Positions 10,079 through 18,993 of a stretch of DNA of 64,000 nucleotides are shown here, piece after piece. The stretch comes from Candidatus Moraniibacteriota bacterium (lineage in GTDB: Bacteria > Patescibacteriota > Minisyncoccia > Moranbacterales > UBA1568), in the NCBI GenBank assembly GCA_963743885.1, contig CAVURJ010000002.1, positions 241,706 through 305,705 on the forward strand, in the 5' to 3' direction. Both the position numbers and the translations under genes were made by a program. Below the pieces are notes generated by a model, which saw nothing but the letters and a program-made list of their open reading frames with translations, did not search any database and was not told where the DNA came from. Position 1 is the first letter of the stretch. The number at the start of each line of letters is the position of its first letter.

Positions 10079-10660
10079 ATGGAAAATCATATGAAGATTG
10101 AAAAGACAATATTGGAAGGCGCGGTGATCGTCGAGCCGGACGTATTTTCAGATGACCGTGGATTTTTTATAGAGACATTCCAGGAGGCGCGGTATCAGGA
10201 ATTGCTCGGGGCCGATGCGCATTTCGTCCAGGATAATCTGTCGTGTTCGAAGAAGGGGGTGCTTCGCGGATTGCACTATCAGGCGCCGCCATTCGAGCAG
10301 GGCAAGCTAGTGCAGGTCTTACGTGGCCGCGTGCTCGATGTAGCAGTGGATATTCGCACCGGTTCGTCGACCTATGGCAAGCATGTGACGGTCGAGCTTT
10401 CTGCTGAGAACAAGAAGCAGTTCTTCATTCCGGCTGGATTCGCGCATGGTTTCATGGCGCTTGAGGATGATACGGTCTTCTTGTACAAGTGCACGAATGT
10501 CTATTCCAAGGAGCATGATCGTGGCATGCGCTGGAACGATCCGGCGATTGGCATCACGTGGCCAGCCATCGAGGGTGCTGAGCCAATCGTTTCATCGAAG
10601 GACGCGGAAGCGCCGCTTCTTACGGATGCTGACAAGTGTTTCGTATTCGGCGATTACTAG
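10079..10660 (+). CDS. rmlC: dTDP-4-dehydrorhamnose 3,5-epimerase
   Basis: DDRGFF, VQDNLS, GVLRGLHYQ, DVAVDIR, GFAHGF. Confidence 0.96.
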   Translation: MENHMKIEKTILEGAVIVEPDVFSDDRGFFIETFQEARYQELLGADAHFVQDNLSCSKKGVLRGLHYQAPPFEQGKLVQVLRGRVLDVAVDIRTGSSTYGKHVTVELSAENKKQFFIPAGFAHGFMALEDDTVFLYKCTNVYSKEHDRGMRWNDPAIGITWPAIEGAEPIVSSKDAEAPLLTDADKCFVFGDY

Positions 10661-10886
10661 ACACCGCTGTTTTGAGCCGCTAGAGGAAGGATGATATACT
10701 TTCTCTAGCGGTTTTTCTTTTTTAATTGAGTTTGTTTCTTCTCGCCTTCCCACTCGGACCAGCAACCTTCCGGAGAATCATGGTCCCGCCCCGGCGTGGC
10801 GGTCCCATTACCTTCCGTCCTCGCTCTCCGATGCTTCGCATCGGAACCGTGCCCGCTCGGACTCCAGAGTTTCTCCGGAAGATTCT

Positions 10887-11129
10887 GGCCTCGGGAAAGG
10901 CTTCAAAATGAAGATCCTACAAAATACCAAGGAAGAAACCCGACCCGTGCAAGAATTTTCTCCGTTTGAGCCGACGCTGTCTGAGCGAGCCTTTCTGATC
11001 GGAGGATTTCCCTGCCTACCGGCAGGCAGGCTTTGGTCGTGAAGAGGGAGGGAAATCCTTCGTTCACAGAAAGGCTCGTGAGTTCGGCGGCCTAACGGAA
11101 AAATTGCTTGTTTACGCTGGGCGGGCTTC
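10887..11129 (-). repeat. Nested-hairpin repeat, module A (copy 2, inverted)
   Basis: Reverse complement of 3487-3730; preceded by another long hairpin at 10744-10901. Confidence 0.9.
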
Positions 11130-11161
11130 ATCCTATAATTAATTTATTTGAAATATTGATT

Positions 11162-12163
11162 ATGAAGATTTTAGTCACTGGCGGGGCCGGATTTATCGGC
11201 AGCAATTTCATCCATCATATCCTCGGGACATATCCGGAGGATGAGGTGGTCAATCTCGATGCGCTGACCTATGCGGGCAACCTCGAAAATCTTGCGGCGT
11301 GGAAGGATGATGCGAGGTATCGTTTCGTGAAGGGCAGCATCACGGATGCTGCAGTCGTCGAGCCGCTCGTGGCCGAGTGCGATATCGTGGTGCATTTTGC
11401 GGCTGAGTCGCATGTCGACCGGTCCATCATGGATCCAGGGATCTTTCTCGAGACGAATGTGCGTGGGACGTATACGCTGCTTGAGGCAGCGAGGAAGCAC
11501 GGCAAGCGGTTCCATCATGTCTCGACCGATGAGGTGTTCGGCGCTTTGAAGCCGGAGGACCCGCCGTTCAACGAAGAGACACCGTACGATCCGAGGAGTC
11601 CGTACAGTGCATCCAAGGCCGCCTCAGACCATCTGGTGCGCGCGTATTTCCATACGTACGGATTGCCTATCACGATTTCTAATTGCTCCAATAATTACGG
11701 TCCGTACCATTTCCCGGAAAAGCTCATTCCGCTCGCAATCACCAATCTCATCGAAGGGAAGCAGGTGCCTGTCTATGGCGATGGCGTGCAAGTGCGTGAT
11801 TGGCTTCATGTGTCGGACCATTGCCGGGCGATCGATACGATCATCCGGAAGGGTATGATCGGCGAAACGTACTGCGTGGGTGGGAACGGCGAGCGCGAGA
11901 ATATCTGGATCGTGAAGCAGCTTCTTTCGGCGCTTGGCAAGGATGAGAGCGCGATCGAGTATGTGAAGGATCGGGCGGGGCATGACCGTCGTTATGCGAT
12001 CGACTACGGCAAGATCGAGCGTGAGCTTGGCTGGCATCCGACCGTGACGCTCGAGGAGGGCCTTAAGGATACAGTGACTTGGTTCAAAGAAAATGAAGCC
12101 TGGTGGAAGAGCGTGAAGAGCGGCGAGTATCAGCAGTATTATGAGAAACAATATGGAGCGTAG
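11162..12163 (+). CDS. rmlB: dTDP-glucose 4,6-dehydratase
   Basis: TGGAGFIG, AAESHVDRSI, STDEV, PYSASKA, SNNYGP, GHDRRYA. Confidence 0.97.
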   Translation: MKILVTGGAGFIGSNFIHHILGTYPEDEVVNLDALTYAGNLENLAAWKDDARYRFVKGSITDAAVVEPLVAECDIVVHFAAESHVDRSIMDPGIFLETNVRGTYTLLEAARKHGKRFHHVSTDEVFGALKPEDPPFNEETPYDPRSPYSASKAASDHLVRAYFHTYGLPITISNCSNNYGPYHFPEKLIPLAITNLIEGKQVPVYGDGVQVRDWLHVSDHCRAIDTIIRKGMIGETYCVGGNGERENIWIVKQLLSALGKDESAIEYVKDRAGHDRRYAIDYGKIERELGWHPTVTLEEGLKDTVTWFKENEAWWKSVKSGEYQQYYEKQYGA

Positions 12164-13016
12164 GAAAGTCTTGATTCTCGGAGCGAAGGGGATGCTGGGG
12201 CAGGAGCTCGTGCGTGTCTATGGCGAGGATGAGGGCTATGAGGTCGCAGGCTGGGACTACGGTGATATCGATGTCACGGATTTCGCGGCGGCCGAGGAGA
12301 AGATCCGCGGCTTCGCACCGTCGGTTATCGTGAATGCGGTCGCCTATAATGCCGTCGACCAGTGTGAGGAGAGCGAGGAGGAATATGCGAAGGCGATGAA
12401 ACTCAATGCTGAGGTTCCGGGATTTCTCGCACGGCTCACGAAGGATCTTGATGCGACGCTCGTTCATTATTCTTCGGACTATATTTTCGATGGGGAAAGC
12501 GAGGAGAGCTATGCGGAAGACGCTCTGCCGCATCCGCTCTCGAAGTACGGCATGAGCAAATGGGAAGGGGAGAAGCGTGTGATCGCCGAAGGTGGGAAGT
12601 ACTATGTCGTCCGCCTCTCCAAGCTCTTCGGCAAGCCGGCGTCATCTGCCACAGGGAAGAAGAGTTTCTTCGAGAAGATGCTTGAGGTTGCTAAGGATAA
12701 GACTGAAGTCACGGTCGTCGATGATGAGAAGAGCTGCTTCACCTATGCGCCGGATCTTGCGCTTGCGACCAAGGTGCTCGAGATGTACCAGAAGCCGTAT
12801 GGTATCTATCATCTGGTCAATGAAGGAGTCGTGACGTGGTATGAGGCAGCCAAGGAGCTTTTCAAGGTCGCTGGCATCGATGTCGCTGTGAAGCCGGTCT
12901 CACCGGATGCTTTTCCGCGGCCTGCCAAGCGCCCGCATTTTTCCGCACTCAAGAACACTAAGTTCGTCGCCCTTCGGCCGTATACTGAGGCACTGGAAGA
13001 ATTCTTGAAGAAATAG
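12153..13016 (+). CDS. rmlD: dTDP-4-dehydrorhamnose reductase
   Basis: GAKGMLG, AYNAVD, SSDYIFDG, YGMSK, PAKRP. Confidence 0.93.
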   Translation: MERRKVLILGAKGMLGQELVRVYGEDEGYEVAGWDYGDIDVTDFAAAEEKIRGFAPSVIVNAVAYNAVDQCEESEEEYAKAMKLNAEVPGFLARLTKDLDATLVHYSSDYIFDGESEESYAEDALPHPLSKYGMSKWEGEKRVIAEGGKYYVVRLSKLFGKPASSATGKKSFFEKMLEVAKDKTEVTVVDDEKSCFTYAPDLALATKVLEMYQKPYGIYHLVNEGVVTWYEAAKELFKVAGIDVAVKPVSPDAFPRPAKRPHFSALKNTKFVALRPYTEALEEFLKK

Positions 13017-13057
13017 TTTTTATAAGTGTTTTTTTGTTATCTCCTACCCGGAAACTC

Positions 13058-13077
13058 CCTGTCTGCCGACAGGCAGG
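13058..13077. repeat. 20-bp REP-like palindrome
   Basis: cctgtctgccgacaggcagg; relatives at 3586-3605 and 11011-11030. Confidence 0.75.
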
Positions 13078-13117
13078 TTTTCTCGAGCAAAAGGAAACTC
13101 GAAGGGCTTGTTGTTCT

Positions 13118-13351
13118 GTATTCCTTCCCCAGTTTCCTTTTTTCATTCCATGGTCCCCAGCGAACATCCCTGACTCGCTCTGTCGAACGGAGGAGCCCCG
13201 CCCGACACGCTTGACGCGAGTCATGCGGGCGGGTGTCCGTTCTGAGGACTGAAGCAGTCCCGAACGCCACGCTCGACCGTTACCGACTCACTCATCGCAT
13301 CCGTGACCGACATCAACCAGAGGAAGAAAAAAGAAATCTGAAGAAGGAATG
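13118..13351 (-). repeat. Nested-hairpin repeat, module B (copy 2, inverted) carrying a 37-bp insertion
   Basis: Reverse complement of 3765-3960, plus cccgcccgac...gcgggcggg at 13197-13233, which is absent from copy 1. Confidence 0.9.
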
Positions 13352-13473
13352 TCCGATCCGGAAATCGCGTCTCCTGTTAGGCGGGTTTTTTTGTTTTTTA
13401 GGAAAAAGAAAACGCCCCGGACACCTGTGCGTGTTGCACATGGTATTTGCGGGGCGGTGGTGGGGCTGACGGA

Positions 13474-13884
13474 TCAGTTGACCTCGGCCAGCTTGTCGGG
13501 GCCGTGGAGGATGATGGTGACGATCTCATTCTCGCTACCGGCGTTTTTTACGGTCCGGAACTTACATTGCCAGTATGAGACCGTAAGAATCGGTAGGCCG
13601 TCCTTTTCGGTACGGATGGCGATCTGTTGTTCGAGTACGGTGCCGACGAGATGTTCTCCGTCGTTCTTGTCGACCAGGAACGCGCGTCGGACTTTCGGCC
13701 GAGAACCATCCTGGGTTTCGCAGAGGAGGAGATCCTTCGGCTGGGCCGACCGGAGCTCTTCCAGGTTCTGCGCCTGGTAGGATGGCGCCTTCGAGACATC
13801 GGCCGGCTTTGCGTACATATAGCCGGCGAGGAGGATGATTGCCGCGAGCATTGCGGAAAAAATCGTAATCAATCGGTTTTGCAC
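13474..13884 (-). CDS. Hypothetical membrane-anchored protein (ORFan cassette)
   Basis: GTG start with AAGGAG SD, N-terminal hydrophobic helix, consensus promoter upstream. Confidence 0.65.
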   Translation of the reverse strand: MQNRLITIFSAMLAAIILLAGYMYAKPADVSKAPSYQAQNLEELRSAQPKDLLLCETQDGSRPKVRRAFLVDKNDGEHLVGTVLEQQIAIRTEKDGLPILTVSYWQCKFRTVKNAGSENEIVTIILHGPDKLAEVN

Positions 13885-13966
13885 GGAAAGCTCCTTTCGA
13901 ATCAGGGTTGATTCCGGGTAGGGGTTGTTCAGGTACGATGTATCCAGAATAAATTCTGTAACGTGT

Positions 13967-13995
13967 ATTATACACCTTTCTCGTCATTCTGTCAA
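13967..13995 (-). promoter_or_regulatory. Consensus sigma70 promoter
   Basis: TTGACA-17 bp-TATAAT on the minus strand. Confidence 0.8.
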
Positions 13996-14063
13996 CTGTG
14001 CGGAAGAGGCGGATTTTTGGTATCATAGAGGCATTGCTAACCCGTGTTTGAGCTACCGATACT

Positions 14064-15305
14064 ATGAAGCACGATATCCTGAAGAAGGCGGATAAGGCGG
14101 TGTATGAGGCGGTGATGGGTGAGGAGAAGCGGCAGGAAGAGGGCTTGGAGATGATTGCTTCTGAGAACTACGTATCCAAGGCGGTGCTTGAGGCGCTTGG
14201 GACGGTCTTTACGAACAAGTATTCCGAAGGATATCCGGGCCGGCGCTACTACGGCGGACAGGAATGGACCGATGTTGTGGAGACGCTCGCGCTTGAACGC
14301 GTGAAGAAGCTCTTCGGCGCGGAGCATGCGAATGTGCAGCCGCACTCGGGCGCGCAGGCCAACCTTGCGGTGTATGCAGCGATCCTTGAGCCAGGGGACA
14401 CGGTGCTCGGCATGGATCTCTCTCATGGCGGTCATCTGACGCATGGGCATCCGGTGACGCTGCCAGCCAAGGTATACGACTTCGTGCGCTATAAGACGGA
14501 GGCTGACGGCACGATTGATTATAAGAAGCTTGAGAAACTGGCGAAAGAAGTGAAGCCGAAGCTGATGCTGGCGGGGTTCTCTTCGTATACCCGGCAGATC
14601 GACTATGCGAAGTTTGCAGCGATTGCGAAGAAAGTCGGTGCGATGACGATGATGGATATGGCACACATCGCCGGGCTGGTCGCAGGCCGTGCACTCCCCA
14701 ATCCGGTCGAGCATTTCGATATTGTGACGGCGACGACTCACAAGACGCTCCGTGGTCCGCGCGGCGGCATGATCCTCTGTCGCGAGGCGTTCGCGAAGGC
14801 GATCGACAAGGCGGTCTTCCCGGGCACACAGGGCGGTCCGCAGATGCATACGATCGCAGCCAAGGCAGTTGCGTTTGGTGAGGCGCTCCGGCCGGACTTC
14901 AAGAAGCATGCCAAGCAGATCTTGAAGAACGCGAAGGTTTTGGAGAAAGAGCTCACGAAGCGTGGGGCAGCGATCCTTTTTGGTGGGACAGAGAATCATA
15001 TGATTGTCGTCGACACGGTGATGAGCTATGGTATCGCTGGCAAGGACGCCGAGCGGTGGCTGGATGAAGCGGGTATTACGATCAATAAGAACGTTATTCC
15101 GGATGATCCGCGCGGGCCATTGGATCCTTCTGGTGTACGTATCGGCGTACCAGCTATCACGACACGTGGATTGAAGGAGCAGGAAGTGAAAGTGATCGCG
15201 GGCTGGATTGATGAGACGTTCCGCTCTGGCGGCAATGCGAAGATCCTTGCGAGTATCAAGAAGGAAGTGAAGGCGATGTGCAAGCAATTTCCTATATATA
15301 AATGA
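14064..15305 (+). CDS. glyA: Serine hydroxymethyltransferase
   Basis: MIASEN, NKYSEGYPGRRYYGG, GGHLTHG, TTHKTLRGPRGG, FPGTQGGP. Confidence 0.98.
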   Translation: MKHDILKKADKAVYEAVMGEEKRQEEGLEMIASENYVSKAVLEALGTVFTNKYSEGYPGRRYYGGQEWTDVVETLALERVKKLFGAEHANVQPHSGAQANLAVYAAILEPGDTVLGMDLSHGGHLTHGHPVTLPAKVYDFVRYKTEADGTIDYKKLEKLAKEVKPKLMLAGFSSYTRQIDYAKFAAIAKKVGAMTMMDMAHIAGLVAGRALPNPVEHFDIVTATTHKTLRGPRGGMILCREAFAKAIDKAVFPGTQGGPQMHTIAAKAVAFGEALRPDFKKHAKQILKNAKVLEKELTKRGAAILFGGTENHMIVVDTVMSYGIAGKDAERWLDEAGITINKNVIPDDPRGPLDPSGVRIGVPAITTRGLKEQEVKVIAGWIDETFRSGGNAKILASIKKEVKAMCKQFPIYK

Positions 15306-15309
15306 AAGC

Positions 15310-15390
15310 GTAACTGGTAATTAGTAATTTGTAACTGGGAAGATCTCAGTGAACAAATCCCTAGTTACTGATTACGAGTTACTAATTACC
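15310..15390. repeat. Heptamer-period inverted array
   Basis: gtaactg gtaatta gtaattt gtaactg ... agttact gattacg agttact aattacc. Confidence 0.75.
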
Positions 15391-15398
15391 GAATGTTT

Positions 15399-16193
15399 AT
15401 GAAAGGCATCATTCTCGCGGGTGGTACGGGGACGAGGCTCCTGCCGCTCACAGCCGTCACTTCGAAGCAGCTTCTGCCGGTCTATGATCGGCCGATGATC
15501 TTCTATCCGCTCAATACGCTCATCCGGGCCGGCATCACGGATATCCTCATCATCGTCGCGCCGGACCATTCGGGGCATTTCCTGAACCTGCTCGGCTCCA
15601 TGTTCCGCAGGTTCGGCATCAATCTCTCGTTCGTGGTACAGAAATCACCGCGGGGACTCGCGGAAGCGTTCATTTTGGCGGAGGACTTCCTCGATGGCGA
15701 GCCGGCGACGCTCATCCTTGGCGACAATATTTTCGAGGATGATTTTGCGGAGGCAATCAAGAGTTTCGAACGGGGCGGCCGCATCTTTGCGAAACAGGTA
15801 GCTGATCCGGAACGGTTTGGTGTGGTGGAATTTGATGCTGATGGCAAGGTACTCTCCATCGAGGAGAAGCCGGCCCAGCCGAAGAGTCAGTTCGCTATCC
15901 CGGGCATCTATATCTTCGATGGTAGTGTCGTCGAGGTAGCCAAGGGTCTCGTACCGTCGGAGCGCGGGGAGCTTGAGATCACGGATCTGCACCGGCACTA
16001 TCTGGAGAAAGGGGTGCTCGATGTGCGCGTCATACAGGGGGCGTACTTCGATACTGGAACGCACGAGTCGCTCTTCGAGGCGAGTGCGTATGTCAGAGAG
16101 CATGACTTCAAGAGTCATTTCGATCCGCGCATCAATGAAGCAATCAGCGAATTTAATGTGGAGTTTAAGAAGATCGTCTCCATAAAAAAGTAG
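15399..16193 (+). CDS. rmlA: Glucose-1-phosphate thymidylyltransferase
   Basis: MKGIILAGGTGTRL, SKQLLPVYD, ILGDNIF, EEKP, SERGELEITD, DTGT. Confidence 0.93.
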   Translation: MKGIILAGGTGTRLLPLTAVTSKQLLPVYDRPMIFYPLNTLIRAGITDILIIVAPDHSGHFLNLLGSMFRRFGINLSFVVQKSPRGLAEAFILAEDFLDGEPATLILGDNIFEDDFAEAIKSFERGGRIFAKQVADPERFGVVEFDADGKVLSIEEKPAQPKSQFAIPGIYIFDGSVVEVAKGLVPSERGELEITDLHRHYLEKGVLDVRVIQGAYFDTGTHESLFEASAYVREHDFKSHFDPRINEAISEFNVEFKKIVSIKK

Positions 16194-16219
16194 CAGCGTA
16201 ATCGTACAAGGAACATCCT

Positions 16220-17107
16220 ATGCATAATGCAGAGCCGAGGAAAATCAAGAAAGCCATATTGCCGGTCGCGGGTTTCGGGACACGCTTTTTGCCAGCCACT
16301 AAGGCGCAGCCGAAGGAGATGCTGCCGGTCGTCGATAAGCCGGTGGTGCAGTACTTGGTCGAGGAGGCGGTCGCTTCCGGTATCGAGGAGATCATCTTCG
16401 TCACGGGGCGCGGCAAGCGGGCGATCGAGGATCATTTTGATGTCTCGTATGAGCTTGAGGATACGCTCGTCGAGAAGAACAAGCATGACTTGCTTGATCT
16501 CGTGAAGAATATTTCTGGGTTGGCGAAGTTTTCCTATGTGCGTCAGCCGGTGCCACTCGGCGATGGCCACGCACTCCTCCAGGCGGCGCACCTCGTCGAT
16601 GATGATGAAGCGGTGCTCGTGATCTTCGGCGATTGTATTTACGATAGCGCTGTGCCGGCAGCCAAGCAGCTCATCGATGCGTATGAGAAGTATCAGGCGC
16701 CGATTATCGGCCTGACGGAAGTGGAGCGGTCGGAAGTCTCCAAGTTTGGTGTCATCGCGGGCGAGGCGCTCGGGGGCGGCGATTGGAAGATCTCCGGATT
16801 TGTGGAGAAGCCGAAGGCTGAGGAAGCTCCGTCGAATATCGTCGCGCCGGGAAAATATGTCATTACAAATGAAGTTTTCAAGATCCTTGAGGGGATGGAT
16901 TCCGGAAAGTCTGGAGAGATCCGGCTGGCGGATGCGTTTGATACCATGCTTGAGCGTGGTATGCCGCTTTATGGTCATACGCTCGAGGGCGAGTGGCTCG
17001 ATACTGGTGATAAGTTCAATTTCCTCCGTGCGACTATCCATTTCGGTCTCAAGCATCCGGAAGTCGGAGAGAAACTCCGCAACTATCTAAAGGGCTTGTC
17101 TCTCTAA
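16220..17107 (+). CDS. galU: UTP-glucose-1-phosphate uridylyltransferase
   Basis: KAILPVAGFGTRFLPATKAQPKEMLP, IEDHFD, VEKP. Confidence 0.95.
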   Translation: MHNAEPRKIKKAILPVAGFGTRFLPATKAQPKEMLPVVDKPVVQYLVEEAVASGIEEIIFVTGRGKRAIEDHFDVSYELEDTLVEKNKHDLLDLVKNISGLAKFSYVRQPVPLGDGHALLQAAHLVDDDEAVLVIFGDCIYDSAVPAAKQLIDAYEKYQAPIIGLTEVERSEVSKFGVIAGEALGGGDWKISGFVEKPKAEEAPSNIVAPGKYVITNEVFKILEGMDSGKSGEIRLADAFDTMLERGMPLYGHTLEGEWLDTGDKFNFLRATIHFGLKHPEVGEKLRNYLKGLSL

Positions 17108-17142
17108 GCGATTCTTCCGGGGCCTCATTAAGGAACAGCGAT

Positions 17143-17838
17143 ATGTATTGGATTTATCTCTCCATCTTCGTGCTTGCGGTTCTTACCCCAGAGATCATCC
17201 AGGATGGCCAGTTTTATCTGAGCGAGGAAGATCTCGAATCGTTGCTCGTTCTCCTCTTCGGCACGTTCGGTATCGCTGTGTATTTCATCAAGGAAAAGGC
17301 CATCATCAGGCTTTTCCGCGATCGGTTGCGCCTCCAGAAGCAGGCAAATGTTATCACGAAGGATCTTTCCGATTCGTATTCTTATATCGGTGAGATGAAC
17401 CGTCGCTTCGATATCGTGCGCGATCTTATTTTTCGTCTGCCAGAGGAGACGGTGACTGCGCTTTCGGAAAAAAAAGGCGGGCGGCAGTCGGACATTCTTT
17501 ATGAGCCTATCATCGAAGCTGTTCGCCTTCTCTCCAGGGCCGAATCAGTATCGATACTCTTTTCTGACATTATGGATGGACACGTTATCCGGAGAATCGA
17601 TGATGGCCCAGGCGCATCAGAGATTCGCTTTTTTGGTAGTAAAAAGACATTTTCTGAGGATGGCGGGTATGTTTTAGTATGCGCGCGCGGACACGCTTGT
17701 GGAACTATGGTTTCTATCGCTTTTCCGAAGACCGCCAATCGCATCGAAGATGCCGATGTTTTCCGGATGGTCGCTTCGGAAGCGCTTTCGCTTTATTGCA
17801 TCGAGCAGAGGGTAACCAGCGAACATGCGAAGCGATGA
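17143..17838 (+). CDS. Hypothetical membrane protein (2 N-terminal TM)
   Basis: Two hydrophobic helices; ATGA-coupled to the downstream glycosyltransferase. Confidence 0.7.
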   Translation: MYWIYLSIFVLAVLTPEIIQDGQFYLSEEDLESLLVLLFGTFGIAVYFIKEKAIIRLFRDRLRLQKQANVITKDLSDSYSYIGEMNRRFDIVRDLIFRLPEETVTALSEKKGGRQSDILYEPIIEAVRLLSRAESVSILFSDIMDGHVIRRIDDGPGASEIRFFGSKKTFSEDGGYVLVCARGHACGTMVSIAFPKTANRIEDADVFRMVASEALSLYCIEQRVTSEHAKR

Positions 17839-18992
17839 GGATAGGCATAGACGCGCGCTTTTATGGCGCAATCGGCAAAGGGCTCGGCCGCTATACTGAG
17901 AAACTGATTGAGTATCTCGAGCGGATTGATACCAGGAATGAGTACGTGGTCTTCCTCCGTAAGGAGAATTTTTCTGCATACGAGCCGAGGAATCCGCGCT
18001 TTCGAAAGGTGCTTGCGGACTATCAGTGGTATAGCTTTTCCGAGCAGCTCTTCTTCCCGTTCTTTCTCCGCCGTTTCAGATTCGATCTCATCCATTTTCC
18101 GCATTTCAACGTCCCGCTTCTGTATCGAGGACGGTTCATCGTCACTATCCATGATCTGATTCTGGTCCGGTATCCGACCGTGCGCAACACGACCAGGTTG
18201 GCGGCGCTCTATTGGGCGAAGTTCGTGGCGTATCGCCTCGTCATCACTTCGGCGATCAGCCGCGCCTTACATATCGTTACGGTCTCGCAGTTTGCGAAGC
18301 ATGATATCGTCGAGCGTTACCCGGTTGCTTCTGGGAAGATATCCGTCACGTATGAGGCGGCCGATCCATTCTGTCGGTTCCTGTCACGCGAAGCGTCGGA
18401 GCAGCTGCTCGGGCGTCTCGGACTCCTCGCTCTGGATGGGGCGCGTGGTATACTGCGATCATACTTCCTGTATGTCGGGAATGCATATCCGCACAAACAT
18501 CTCGGGCTCCTGCTTGATGCCGCAAAGCGTCTGCCGGAAGAGCGGTTCGTCTTGGTTGGCAAGGAAGATTATTTTTATGCTCGGCTGCGTGAAGATGCAG
18601 AGCGGCGCGGTCTCGACAATGTCGTTTTCGCTGGGTTCCTTACGGATCAAGAGCTGTCTGTCCTATACCGCAATGCCGTGGCGTATACCTTCCCATCGCT
18701 CTATGAGGGTTTCGGGCTGCCGCCGCTTGAGGCGATGACTTTCGGATTACCGGTGGTCTCGTCCGATCGCGCGTCGCTTCCCGAGGTACTTGGGTCAGCT
18801 GCTCTGTATTTCGATCCCGAGAAGGATGGAGACTTGGAGCGCGTCCTCCGCGATATCATCAGCGATGAAGCTTTGCGGAAGCGGCTTTCTGAGCTCGGCT
18901 ATGGGCGGGCTGCGGGTTTCCGGTGGGATACTATGGCAGAAGAGACGCTTCGTATATATGAGGAGGAGATGACGAAAGAGAAATACACATAA
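17835..18992 (+). CDS. Glycosyltransferase family 4
   Basis: MRIGIDAR, GLGRY, VTIHDL, YEGFGLPPLEAM. Confidence 0.92.
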   Translation: MRIGIDARFYGAIGKGLGRYTEKLIEYLERIDTRNEYVVFLRKENFSAYEPRNPRFRKVLADYQWYSFSEQLFFPFFLRRFRFDLIHFPHFNVPLLYRGRFIVTIHDLILVRYPTVRNTTRLAALYWAKFVAYRLVITSAISRALHIVTVSQFAKHDIVERYPVASGKISVTYEAADPFCRFLSREASEQLLGRLGLLALDGARGILRSYFLYVGNAYPHKHLGLLLDAAKRLPEERFVLVGKEDYFYARLREDAERRGLDNVVFAGFLTDQELSVLYRNAVAYTFPSLYEGFGLPPLEAMTFGLPVVSSDRASLPEVLGSAALYFDPEKDGDLERVLRDIISDEALRKRLSELGYGRAAGFRWDTMAEETLRIYEEEMTKEKYT

Positions 18993-18993
18993 G

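Noticed and set aside
13026-13469. Short ORFs within the intergenic hairpin regions (also 6242-6529, 10726-11131, 22921-23205, 45978-46269)
   Set aside because: They lie on repeat or hairpin DNA, are not preserved between repeat copies, and show no protein-like features.
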